Below are positions 48,918 through 58,131 of a DNA stretch of 64,000 nucleotides, piece after piece (the first letter of the stretch is position 1; the number at the start of each line of letters is the position of its first letter). Under the pieces are notes generated by a model. It searched no databases, was not told the origin of the DNA, and worked only from the letters and a program-made list of their open reading frames with translations. The stretch is taken from assembly GCA_965263035.1 (NCBI GenBank), contig OZ253580.1, positions 4,704,001 to 4,768,000 of the forward strand, written 5' to 3'. The stretch comes from Acidobacteriota bacterium. Its GTDB lineage: Bacteria > Acidobacteriota > UBA6911 > RPQK01 > JAJDTT01. The position numbers and the translations under genes were made by a program.

Positions 48918-49757
48918 ATGACCAATGAGAAGAGCAGGAAGATGGCAGGCAAGCGCGTCCTGGTCACGGGAGCGGGAACCGGGATTGGACGGGGTATTGC
49001 CCTGGAGTTCGCCGCGGAGGGCGCCGCGGTCGTGCTGCACTACTGTCACAGCAGCGCCGGGTGTAAGTCTGCCGTGGAGGAGATCCACAACTCAGGCGGG
49101 CGAGCCTGGGCGGTGGGCGCCGATTTCCGGCGGGTGGAGTCGGTCCAGAGCTTGGCGGCACAATCAGTGGAGTTGCTGGGCGGAATTGACGTGCTGGTCA
49201 ACAACTCCGGCGTGACGGCGAACAGCCCGTTCGAGGAGACCACGCCCCACCACTTCGACACCCTCTTCGACATCAACTTCAAGGCCATGTTCTTTCTGAC
49301 CCAGGCGGTTCTGCCGGCAATGGTCGAACAGGAGGGGGGCGCGGTCATCAATCTGACCTCGGTCCATGCCTATGCGGGACTGGTCGAGCACTCGGTCTAC
49401 GCTGCCACCAAAGGAGCCATCGTGGCGTTCACTCGCGAGGTCTCGTTGGAGTTGATCCAGAAAGGGGTGCGGGTCAACGCTATCGCACCCGGCTGGATCC
49501 GGGTCCCGAACCAGGACAAGGTGTTGGGAGAGAACTTCGACTGGGAAGCGGCCGAGAAGACGCTGCCCGCCGGTTTCATCGGCACTCCCAGAGACATCGG
49601 CCGTCTGGCCGTCTTCCTGGCTTCCGAGGATTCGCGCTACATCGTGGGGCAGACGATGGTCATCGACGGGGGGCAACTGGCCATCATGCCCAACACCGGG
49701 GATTTCCGCGGTCACCGCCGGTTCCGGTTCGGCGAGGAATACGTGGGAATTCCCTGA
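48918..49757 (+). CDS. SDR family oxidoreductase
   Basis: TGAGTGIG, NNSG, YAATK, VNAIAPG. Confidence 0.92.
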   Translation: MTNEKSRKMAGKRVLVTGAGTGIGRGIALEFAAEGAAVVLHYCHSSAGCKSAVEEIHNSGGRAWAVGADFRRVESVQSLAAQSVELLGGIDVLVNNSGVTANSPFEETTPHHFDTLFDINFKAMFFLTQAVLPAMVEQEGGAVINLTSVHAYAGLVEHSVYAATKGAIVAFTREVSLELIQKGVRVNAIAPGWIRVPNQDKVLGENFDWEAAEKTLPAGFIGTPRDIGRLAVFLASEDSRYIVGQTMVIDGGQLAIMPNTGDFRGHRRFRFGEEYVGIP

Positions 49758-49777
49758 CTCCGGCGCGGTTTCGGAAT

Positions 49778-50665
49778 TCAGAGCCCGATGCGGGACCGGA
49801 ACTCGGGCACGCCGGCGGGACCGGGCCTGAGGACGATGAGGGCGCCGGCCGCCGGTCCCAGATCCTTGTCTTCCGGATGAGTGCCGGTGGTGACGTAGAG
49901 ATCCGAAAGATCTCTTCCTCCGAACGCCACGCTGGCAGTGAACTTGGCCGGGAGCTCGATGGTCCGCTTCCGCTTGCCGGTGGGACCGAACTGGAGCACC
50001 CTCCCGCCCATGGCCATGGCGATCCAGAGGTTATGCTCACTGTCCAGCGTCATGCCGTCAGCGTATCCGTCCACAGCCGGATCCAAGCGCAGAAACGCCC
50101 GGCGCCGGCTGAGGGCGCCGGTCCGGATATCGTAGTCGAATTCCCAGACGACGTTGTCCAGGGAGTCGATGAAGAAGAAGTGGCCGAGGTCGGAGGTGAA
50201 GGCCATTCCATTGGGGATCCCCAGCCCCTCCAGGACCACTTCGTACGATCCGTCCCGGTCCAGCCGGTAGAGTCGCCCCTGTTTCCGTTCCAGGTCTCCG
50301 AAGGGCATGGAGCCGGCGAAGACCCGGCCTACGGGGTCCGCAATGACGTCGTTGAAGCGCCGGTCGGCTTCGGCCGGGATGTGGTCCAGGAGCATGCGCG
50401 CAATCCTGCCCGCCCGCCAGACCGCCACCGTTCCCCGGTCCATGAAAAGCAGTAGCGAGCCGTCGGCCTGGAGCGTCATCCCGCCCACGATCCGTCCCTC
50501 GTAGCAGAGGTGGCTCCTGCCGCTCGCGGGTTCGTACCAGTAGAGCCGGCTCGCCAGGATGTCGGTCCAGTAGAGCCTTTCCACATCGGGGTGCCAGACC
50601 GGCCCTTCACCGACCGTGCAACGGAGGTCGGCAGCGATTTGGAATTCAGGGGACTTTCGGGTCAT
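49778..50665 (-). CDS. SMP-30/gluconolactonase family protein
   Basis: GEGPVW, RFNDVIADPVGR, IPNGMAF, ADGMTLD, SVAFGG. Confidence 0.9.
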   Translation of the reverse strand: MTRKSPEFQIAADLRCTVGEGPVWHPDVERLYWTDILASRLYWYEPASGRSHLCYEGRIVGGMTLQADGSLLLFMDRGTVAVWRAGRIARMLLDHIPAEADRRFNDVIADPVGRVFAGSMPFGDLERKQGRLYRLDRDGSYEVVLEGLGIPNGMAFTSDLGHFFFIDSLDNVVWEFDYDIRTGALSRRRAFLRLDPAVDGYADGMTLDSEHNLWIAMAMGGRVLQFGPTGKRKRTIELPAKFTASVAFGGRDLSDLYVTTGTHPEDKDLGPAAGALIVLRPGPAGVPEFRSRIGL

Positions 50666-50689
50666 TGGATCCGTTCCTTAGAGACAGGC

Positions 50690-51844
50690 TCAATACCGGC
50701 CGTACTCCCTTCCGGCCTCTGCAAACACCTGGATGTTTCCGGGAGCCGAATCCATGATCTGCCCGGTCGACCGCAGAACGTAGCGGCCACCGCCCCCGGC
50801 CGCGTCGATACAGCGTTTTACCTCGTCTCGGACCTCCTCGGGCTTACCGTTCGACAGGATGCGTTCGTTGAAGCCTCCGTTGAGAGTGATCCGGTCCCCG
50901 ACCCGGCGTTTGGACTCGGCCAGGTCGAAGTCGCCTGAGGAGGTCTTGGGAGTCAGCGTCTCCAGGGAATGGGCGCCGGTGTCGGCCATGTCCTCGATGA
51001 ACGCCTGACCGCAGCCGCAGTTGTGATAGCTGACCAGAAGCCCCGCCTCCTTGGCCGCTTCCACGACGGCCTTGTCGTAGGGGTACATGAACCGCCGGAA
51101 CTGCTGGGGAGAAAACCCGATTCCGGCCCACGACTGATCGTAGAGAATGGAGTGGACTCCGGTGGCGGCCAGATGGCGAACCCGCCGGATGGCACGATCG
51201 CGGAGGAACTCGGAGAACTTCTCCACGAATCCCGGTTGGTCGATGAGATCGCAGGCCATGGTCACGAGTCCCCGCATGTTGGCCGCCTCTCCCCAGATTC
51301 CGATGAAGCAGTGCATCCAGAAGGCCCGATCGCCGCCGGCGTCCACCATGGATTTCAGCTTCTCCTGGTTCAAGCTCTCCGGCTCCGGCAGATAGCGGAT
51401 GCAGAGGTCCAGGTCGCGCTCGTTCTTGACGGCCGGCTCCACCTCGGCCACCTGCCCCTCGCCCATGCGGTAGCTCCAAGTGACGGGTCCTTCCGGAGTG
51501 GTCGCCGTGAACCGGTGCGTGCGAAAGTTTCGGCCGTCCTCTTCTTGAACCTCCTCCCGGACCCGCCAGGTTTCCAGCGCCTCTTCCGGCCAGCTGTAGA
51601 GCAACCGGGGGTACCGGTGCATGGAGAACCGGCGCTCGTCCGGGGTCACCAGCACCGGATCCAATCCCAGGCCTTCCTGGATCCGAACCATCGTCAGCGG
51701 GTCGTTCACCAGCTCCTCCAGGACGGCGCGGGGTCCCTTCCCGGTGAGTTGGCGCAGGAGCGGCATGCCGAGCCAGGCGCAGATGGGGACCCGGTCGGTG
51801 GGTCGGCCGGTATAGGCGGCTTCGAATCGCTCGCGGGTGTTCAT
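50690..51844 (-). CDS. Uroporphyrinogen decarboxylase / MtaA-CmuA superfamily protein
   Basis: TRERF..A...DRVP N-terminus; SPQQFRRF; YHNCG; DLAESKRRVG; G.PEEV. Confidence 0.8.
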   Translation of the reverse strand: MNTRERFEAAYTGRPTDRVPICAWLGMPLLRQLTGKGPRAVLEELVNDPLTMVRIQEGLGLDPVLVTPDERRFSMHRYPRLLYSWPEEALETWRVREEVQEEDGRNFRTHRFTATTPEGPVTWSYRMGEGQVAEVEPAVKNERDLDLCIRYLPEPESLNQEKLKSMVDAGGDRAFWMHCFIGIWGEAANMRGLVTMACDLIDQPGFVEKFSEFLRDRAIRRVRHLAATGVHSILYDQSWAGIGFSPQQFRRFMYPYDKAVVEAAKEAGLLVSYHNCGCGQAFIEDMADTGAHSLETLTPKTSSGDFDLAESKRRVGDRITLNGGFNERILSNGKPEEVRDEVKRCIDAAGGGGRYVLRSTGQIMDSAPGNIQVFAEAGREYGRY

Positions 51845-52031
51845 GGGTGCTCCGAACCTCGCACAACCGGCAGAAATAGCGGCTGGCGAGGACGCTCATG
51901 GTATTCAATGTTACGGGCTTGGGCAAACGGGCAATGCGGCGCCCGAAAACGCAGTTTCGACCGGCCCGGATCCGCACGCTGGGAAATCAATCGTCTCGGC
52001 CTTGTGCTATCATTCATACTATTGAACCGCA

Positions 52032-54014
52032 ATGGTTAGGTGGATGCGGGCTGTCCGGCGTTTCTGCAAAGGATCTCCTGTCTTGCAGTTGACGAAATCC
52101 CAATCTTTGAAATCTGTTTCCCGGACCGTTACCCCGATGATTCTGCTGGTTGCCGCCATTCTCCTGATCTCTCCACTGCAGGCCGCCAAGGAGGCTCTGC
52201 CGAGCGAACCCCGGGCCCTCTACATCTATCCGGTGGGAGGACAGCGCGGATCCGCTGCGGAGGTGCAGATCGAGGGGCAGACGCTGCAAGGAACCTATGC
52301 CGTCTGGACCGACTGCCAGTCGCTGCGCGGTCGAGTGACGCGGATCGACGAGATCGATGTCCCTGAAGAGCAAGGCGCGGCGGCTCCGGCGGACTCTTTG
52401 AGCCATCGGGTCACCGTGGAAGTGGAGATCGCATCCACCGCTGCTCTGGGGGGGCATTCGCTCCGGCTGGTGTCGCCAAGGGGTGTCTCCGACCCCGTTC
52501 CGTTCCGAGTGAGCTCGGAACTGGAGCCGGTGATCAGAGAGGATTCGAGCCAGACCGGATCCGGCAAGCCGACCCGGGGCCAAGCCGTCGACTATCCGGT
52601 GGCTGTCAACGGACGGATCGGCAGGGCGGTGGGTGGCGAGGTCGACTACTACAGCTTCGATGTGGACGCGGGCCGCGAGCTCTATTTCGAGGTCTTCTTC
52701 CCGGGCATTGGCGCGCCGCTCCCCCCCAAGATGCTGCTGTATCTGTATCGGCACGAACCGAGTTGGGTGGACCCGCATCGCCTCCGGAGATTGGCATTCA
52801 ATGACGACCCCGTCGTTAACGAAGCCGGATTGTTTGCCGAGCACGGAACGGTTCACAAGGCGAGCTTGAAGCATCGATTCGTCGATTCGGGACGATATCT
52901 GATCGCGGTCAAGGGCTTCGACGACCGGGGCGGACCCCATTGGGTCTACCAACTTCGAATCGTCGACGCCACGGGTCAGGAGATCTCCGGCGACGTTCGC
53001 TCCTGGCCGCGGGCACATTCCGATCCGCACGCGTGGTACGAACGGAGGTTCCAAGCACATCTCTCCCCGGATCGCCTGCGGGAGATTGGGAAGCGAACCG
53101 TTCTCAGGGCTGGCGAGTCTCAGGCGCCATGGGGAGCTGCCGGATCGGCCGCGTCCTCGGGCTCGGGCCGGGTGTCTGACGCGACGGGACCGACTCCGGC
53201 GCCTGAAGCCATCCGGACCGCTTCCACCCATCGGATCGCTGGGAGTTCCGAGAGTGGCCGGGAATCGGCCCTGGTGACGCTACCCGCAATTGTCGAGGGT
53301 GTCATCGATCGTCCGGGCAAGGCTGACCGAGTCAGGTTCCAGGCCAGCGCAGGGCAGGCCGTGGCAGTGGAAGTGGAAACCCCCCGCGATGCAGTCCCCG
53401 TCTTTGTTCCTTGGGTTCAGGTTCTGGACGGGAACCAGGAGGTGGTCTTCAGCGCCATCTACAATCGGGTCACCGGCAACAACGTCATGCTGTTTCGGGA
53501 GCTCGAATCCAAGATGGTCTATACCTTCGACCGGGATGGAGAATTCACTCTGCAGATTCGCGAGTTGACGACCGGCCATGCGGGGTCCGGCTTCGCCTAC
53601 CGCGTGTTGATCCGGCCCCAGATCCCTCACGTCGGGCAGTTGAAGGTGGAGCCGGAGCACCTCAACCTCGCGCCGGGCCAAGCCAAGCAGCTGACCGTGA
53701 CGGTGGAACGCGAAGAGCAGTTCGACGGTGAAGTTGCTCTCGCCGTCGACGGTCTGCCGGAAGGTGTGCACGCCTACGCGACGGCGGTTCCGGAGGCGGA
53801 ACGCCCCCCCGCCTTCGACGAATCCGAGAAACACATGTTCCGTCCCGAGACCCAGAAGGTCTCCATCACGCTGATGGCCGAGGACGGAGCCTCGACTACG
53901 AGACTGCCCCGCGTCGTGCGAGTCAGAGCCCGGGCCATCGTGGGCGGGAAAACGGGACCCCTGATCCCGGTGGGCGACATCCCATTGATGGTGGTGGCGC
54001 CTCCCTCGTCGTAG
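52032..54014 (+). CDS. Secreted PPC (pre-peptidase C-terminal)-like Ig-fold protein of a DUF1549 cluster
   Basis: YPVGGQRG, PVAVNGRI, DYYSF, YQLRI, DRVRFQA motifs; start may be ATG 52137. Confidence 0.65.
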   Translation: MVRWMRAVRRFCKGSPVLQLTKSQSLKSVSRTVTPMILLVAAILLISPLQAAKEALPSEPRALYIYPVGGQRGSAAEVQIEGQTLQGTYAVWTDCQSLRGRVTRIDEIDVPEEQGAAAPADSLSHRVTVEVEIASTAALGGHSLRLVSPRGVSDPVPFRVSSELEPVIREDSSQTGSGKPTRGQAVDYPVAVNGRIGRAVGGEVDYYSFDVDAGRELYFEVFFPGIGAPLPPKMLLYLYRHEPSWVDPHRLRRLAFNDDPVVNEAGLFAEHGTVHKASLKHRFVDSGRYLIAVKGFDDRGGPHWVYQLRIVDATGQEISGDVRSWPRAHSDPHAWYERRFQAHLSPDRLREIGKRTVLRAGESQAPWGAAGSAASSGSGRVSDATGPTPAPEAIRTASTHRIAGSSESGRESALVTLPAIVEGVIDRPGKADRVRFQASAGQAVAVEVETPRDAVPVFVPWVQVLDGNQEVVFSAIYNRVTGNNVMLFRELESKMVYTFDRDGEFTLQIRELTTGHAGSGFAYRVLIRPQIPHVGQLKVEPEHLNLAPGQAKQLTVTVEREEQFDGEVALAVDGLPEGVHAYATAVPEAERPPAFDESEKHMFRPETQKVSITLMAEDGASTTRLPRVVRVRARAIVGGKTGPLIPVGDIPLMVVAPPSS

Positions 54015-54177
54015 GAGTCTGCGCGGCAGAAATGATCGTAGCGAGAAAGTGGGGAATCGAGGCCAGATTTTCCCGATTTGGAGGTGTATAGTCGTTCTAT
54101 TCGCCGAGAAATCGGGGAAATATGGACCGATTCTACCGCTTTCGCAGTAGATCAATTTCTGCCGCGCAGGCTCCTAG
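54011..54177. mobile_element. MITE copy 3
   Basis: Same orientation as copy 1; GTAG left flank and CTAG right flank define a TA duplication. Confidence 0.85.
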
Positions 54178-54208
54178 CCGGCGGCGATCCTGACGGAGAA
54201 AGGATGCC

Positions 54209-56728
54209 TTGATCAGATCGTTCCTGACCTCTATCGCTCCCCTCTTGCTCGGTCTTTCCGTAGCTCACGGGAGCCATGCAATGCCTCCGGTTCCGAGCCA
54301 CGAGCCGGCGTTGCTCTCGGCTCGGATTTTTCCCGAATCGGCCATACTTCGGGAGAAGGGAGCCTCGCAACGGTTCCTCGTGATCGGCACGTTTGCCGAC
54401 GGCCTGGAGCGGGATCTGACTTCGGCCAGCCGTTTCTACCTCGACGACTCCAGCCTCGCGGGGGTCAGCGAGGCGGGCCGGGTCATGGCGCTGGCCGATG
54501 GCGAGACCGAGTTGGAAGCCGAGATTCAGGGACACAAACTCAGAGCCGCCGTTCGGGTCTTGGACTCGGAACGGGAGCCCCCGCTGAGCTTCGAGCGCGC
54601 CGTCTCTCCCGTTCTCACCAAGAACGGCTGCAACGACAGCGGCTGTCACGGCGGCGTCAAGGGAAGAGGCGGCTTCAAGTTGTCGCTCAACTCCCTGAAT
54701 CCTCCCGAGGACTACAACTGGATCGTCAAGGGGGGCGTCTACCACGTGCTTTCGCCAGAGGCAGGCGAGCCGATGGTGCCGCGGATCGATCTGGCCGCGC
54801 CGGCCGAGAGCCTTCTGCTGAAGAAGCCGACCATGGAAATCCCCCATGGAGGCGGGCCCCGCTTCGAGACGGATTCCCAGGAATACGAGACGATCCTGAA
54901 CTGGGTCTCCAACGGCGCGCCCTTTGAGGCGAAAGGGGACGTCGACGTTCCACGGATCGAGGAGGTGTCGGTCTACCCCGAGGAAATCGTCCTGGACCAG
55001 AAGGGAGTCCATCGCCTGGCGGTCACGGCCAGGTTGTCCGACGGCCGGACCCGGGATATCAGCGATGAGGTTCGCTACGAATCCCAGAACCGGGCCGTCG
55101 TCAAAGTGGACGCCGCCGGCGTGGTCACCGCTGTGAAGACCGGTGAGACCAACGTCCTGGTTCGAGCCGCCGGCCATACGGTTCACGCCCGCATCGGTGT
55201 CATCGCCGAGCCCATTGTCGATTACCCGGACGTCCCCGAGTGGAACTTCATCGACCGGCACGTCATCGCCAAGCTGAAACGGTTTCACCTGATCCCGTCG
55301 GAGCTCTCGGACGACTCGGAGTTCCTGCGGAGGGTCTGTCTGGATGTCATCGGCACTCTGCCGCCGCCCAACCGAGTCCGCGAATTCCTGGAGGATTCCG
55401 ATCCGGACAAGCGAAACAAGCTGATCCAGATTCTGCTGGATTCGCCGGAATATGTGGACTTCTGGACCTTCCGCTTTTCCGACCTTCTTCGGGTGGTGCA
55501 GGGACCCAACTACAGCCAGCTCTACTGGGAGTGGATTCGAACCAGCGTCGCGTCCGACAAACCGTACGATCAGATGGCCCGGGAGCGTCTGAACGCCCAG
55601 GGCCGGGACCGGCCGTCAAGGCACTACTTCGAGAACAACTCGCAGCCGGAAAGGATCCTCTCCGAGGAGCTTCGCGTGTACACGGGGCGGCGCTTCGACT
55701 GCGCCCAGTGCCACGACCATCCCTTCGAGCCCTGGTCCCAGGATCAGTTCTGGGGGCTGGCCGCCTTCTTCGGAAACCTCGACTTCATCGGCTATTACGA
55801 CATGGCCTTCGACAACCCGGCCGGGGGGTATGGAGACAAGGGAAAGGCGGGGCCGTTGAAGCATCCCCGAAAGAAGACCGTGGTCCACCCGGAATTCCTG
55901 GATGGGACCCCGTTGCCGGAGGAGTTGAGACCGAACCAGCGCCGGGAACTGGCCAAGTGGCTCACCTCTCATCCCTACTTTTCCGAAGCCTTCGTCAATC
56001 GGGTCTGGGGGTACTTTTTCGGGAGGGGGATCGTCGATCCGGTGGACGATTTCAAAGCCTCCAATCCAGCGACTCACCCGGAGTTGCTCAACGCCTTGGC
56101 CGCCGACTTCCGGGAGAACGGACACGACCTCAAACGCCTGATTCGGTTGATCGTCCAATCCAGGACCTATCAACTGTCGAGCCAGCCCAACCAGAACAAC
56201 CGGGATGATCGGTTCAACTACTCTCATTACCTGCCGAGACCCCTGGAAGCGGAGGTGCTCCTGGACGCCATTTCCCAAGTGGCCGGTGTTCCCGAAGTCT
56301 TTCACGAAAAACCGGAGTCGCCGGGCGGGCAGCCTCCGGATGGGACCCGGGCCATCCAGCTGAAGGCTCCGGTGCGTTATTTCTCCCATTTTCTGGACCT
56401 TTACGGGCGCCCCATGCGGTACGCGCTGCCGGAGCGGGACGCCGGTCCCAGTGTCTCGCAGGCCCTGCATCTCTACGCCGGGAAGACATACACTGAAAAA
56501 CTGACCCGGGACGGCGGAAGAATCAGCCGGTTGCTCCAGGATGAGATGGGCCAAGGAAAAATCATCGAAGAACTCTATCTGGCGTCATTGTCCCGTTTGC
56601 CCACCGGCGACGAGAAAGATCAGTTGGAAGGAGTGCTGGCAGGAATCACCAAGCTGGATCGGAAGCAGAGGTTTGCCGATCTGACCTGGGCATTGCTCAC
56701 ATCCAGGGAGTTTGCGTATAACCATTGA
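54209..56728 (+). CDS. DUF1549/DUF1553 protein with Big_2 Ig-like domains
   Basis: GCNDSGCHG, GGFKLSL, EFLRRVCLDVIG, CAQCHDHPF, VNRVWGYFFGRGIVDPVDD, SREFAYNH. Confidence 0.88.
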   Translation: MIRSFLTSIAPLLLGLSVAHGSHAMPPVPSHEPALLSARIFPESAILREKGASQRFLVIGTFADGLERDLTSASRFYLDDSSLAGVSEAGRVMALADGETELEAEIQGHKLRAAVRVLDSEREPPLSFERAVSPVLTKNGCNDSGCHGGVKGRGGFKLSLNSLNPPEDYNWIVKGGVYHVLSPEAGEPMVPRIDLAAPAESLLLKKPTMEIPHGGGPRFETDSQEYETILNWVSNGAPFEAKGDVDVPRIEEVSVYPEEIVLDQKGVHRLAVTARLSDGRTRDISDEVRYESQNRAVVKVDAAGVVTAVKTGETNVLVRAAGHTVHARIGVIAEPIVDYPDVPEWNFIDRHVIAKLKRFHLIPSELSDDSEFLRRVCLDVIGTLPPPNRVREFLEDSDPDKRNKLIQILLDSPEYVDFWTFRFSDLLRVVQGPNYSQLYWEWIRTSVASDKPYDQMARERLNAQGRDRPSRHYFENNSQPERILSEELRVYTGRRFDCAQCHDHPFEPWSQDQFWGLAAFFGNLDFIGYYDMAFDNPAGGYGDKGKAGPLKHPRKKTVVHPEFLDGTPLPEELRPNQRRELAKWLTSHPYFSEAFVNRVWGYFFGRGIVDPVDDFKASNPATHPELLNALAADFRENGHDLKRLIRLIVQSRTYQLSSQPNQNNRDDRFNYSHYLPRPLEAEVLLDAISQVAGVPEVFHEKPESPGGQPPDGTRAIQLKAPVRYFSHFLDLYGRPMRYALPERDAGPSVSQALHLYAGKTYTEKLTRDGGRISRLLQDEMGQGKIIEELYLASLSRLPTGDEKDQLEGVLAGITKLDRKQRFADLTWALLTSREFAYNH

Positions 56729-56778
56729 CGGACCCACAGGCCCTTCTTGGGTCTGGATCGTGGAGGTGTTGGACTCGG

Positions 56779-58131
56779 ATGAAGAAAGTCGGTTGTCTGA
56801 CCTGTACCGAAGAGGAACTAGGTAGGCGGGATTTCCTGCGGGTGGGCTCGGTGGGCGCCCTCGGCCTCAGCCTGAGCCAGATTCTGCAGTGGGAAAGCCT
56901 GATGGCGAGCTCGGCCGCGCCGGCGGTTCGTGCCAAGAAGGCGGAGGCCTGCATCCTACTTTGGCTGGGGGGTGGTCCCAGTCAGATGGACACCTGGGAC
57001 CCTAAACCCACCAACAGCGCCTTCAAACCCATCGCCACCAATGTCGACGGCATCCAGGTCTCGGAGATCCTCCCCCTGACCGCCCGGCACATGGACAAGC
57101 TCTCCATCGTTCGGTCCATGCACACCGAGGAGAACAATCACCCTCAGGGACACCACTACGTCCTCACCGGGCACCGCCCCAACGCCGTCGACAAGTTTCC
57201 CAGCTTCCCTTCCATCATCACCAAGGAACTGGGACCCCGGGGCGAGGTGCCGCCCCATGTCCTCTGTCCCGGCTGGGACTCGGCCGATGCCAAGCGCTAC
57301 AACGATCTGTTTCGTTCCGCTTTCCTGGGCGCCGCCTACGATCCCATGATCCTGGCGGACCGGGGAGAGAAGGGGATCGACGTCACGGATCTGGTCCTGC
57401 CCCAGTCCTTTCCGGTGGAGAGCCTGGAGAACCGCAGTTCCTTTCTCAAGATCGTGGATCGTCACTACCGCCAGAAGGTGGAATTGGCCGAGTTCTCCAA
57501 CATGGACGGCTTCCGCGAGCAGGCTCTGCAGATGATCCTGTCTCCCGCGGTGCGGGACGCCTTCGATCTTTCTCGCGAGCCGGAAAAGATGAAGGAAGCC
57601 TACGGCAAACACAAGTTCGGGCAGAGTGTCCTGCTGGCCCGGCGTCTGGTGGAAGCCGGCAGCCGCTTCGTGACCGCCAACGGCTACAGCCACAACGTCT
57701 GGGACACGCACGGCGACAACGACGCGAAACACCGGGACGAGTTGGTGCCGCCCCTGGATCGGGCGCTTTCGACCCTGATGGAGGACCTGCACCAGAGAGG
57801 CCTCCTGGAGACGACCGTGGTCCTGGTGATGGGCGAGTTCGGCCGGACGCCCCACCTGAATCCGAACAACGGACGCGACCACTGGCCCGAATGCTGGTCG
57901 CTGGCCCTCGGTGGCGGAGGCATCCGTGGAGGTCAAGTGGTCGGCGCCAGCGACGAACGCGGCGGGTACGTGGCCGAGCGCATGGTCACCATGGGAGACC
58001 TGCACGCCACCATCTACAAGGCCCTGGGGATCGACTGGAACAAGGAATTGATGAGCCCCACGGGCCGCCCCGTCAAGATTGCCAACTCCATCGACGACCT
58101 GACCGGAGTCCCGCTCAAGGAGTTGGTCTGA
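56779..58131 (+). CDS. DUF1501 family Tat-exported protein
   Basis: RRDFLRVG; GGPSQMDTWDPKP; ARRLVEAG; WDTH; GEFGRTP; GRDHW. Confidence 0.9.
   Translation: MKKVGCLTCTEEELGRRDFLRVGSVGALGLSLSQILQWESLMASSAAPAVRAKKAEACILLWLGGGPSQMDTWDPKPTNSAFKPIATNVDGIQVSEILPLTARHMDKLSIVRSMHTEENNHPQGHHYVLTGHRPNAVDKFPSFPSIITKELGPRGEVPPHVLCPGWDSADAKRYNDLFRSAFLGAAYDPMILADRGEKGIDVTDLVLPQSFPVESLENRSSFLKIVDRHYRQKVELAEFSNMDGFREQALQMILSPAVRDAFDLSREPEKMKEAYGKHKFGQSVLLARRLVEAGSRFVTANGYSHNVWDTHGDNDAKHRDELVPPLDRALSTLMEDLHQRGLLETTVVLVMGEFGRTPHLNPNNGRDHWPECWSLALGGGGIRGGQVVGASDERGGYVAERMVTMGDLHATIYKALGIDWNKELMSPTGRPVKIANSIDDLTGVPLKELV

Noticed and set aside
53280-54155. ORFs beginning MIYCESG... (also 13225-13893)
   Set aside because: The shared N-termini are just translations of the MITE joined to antisense frames
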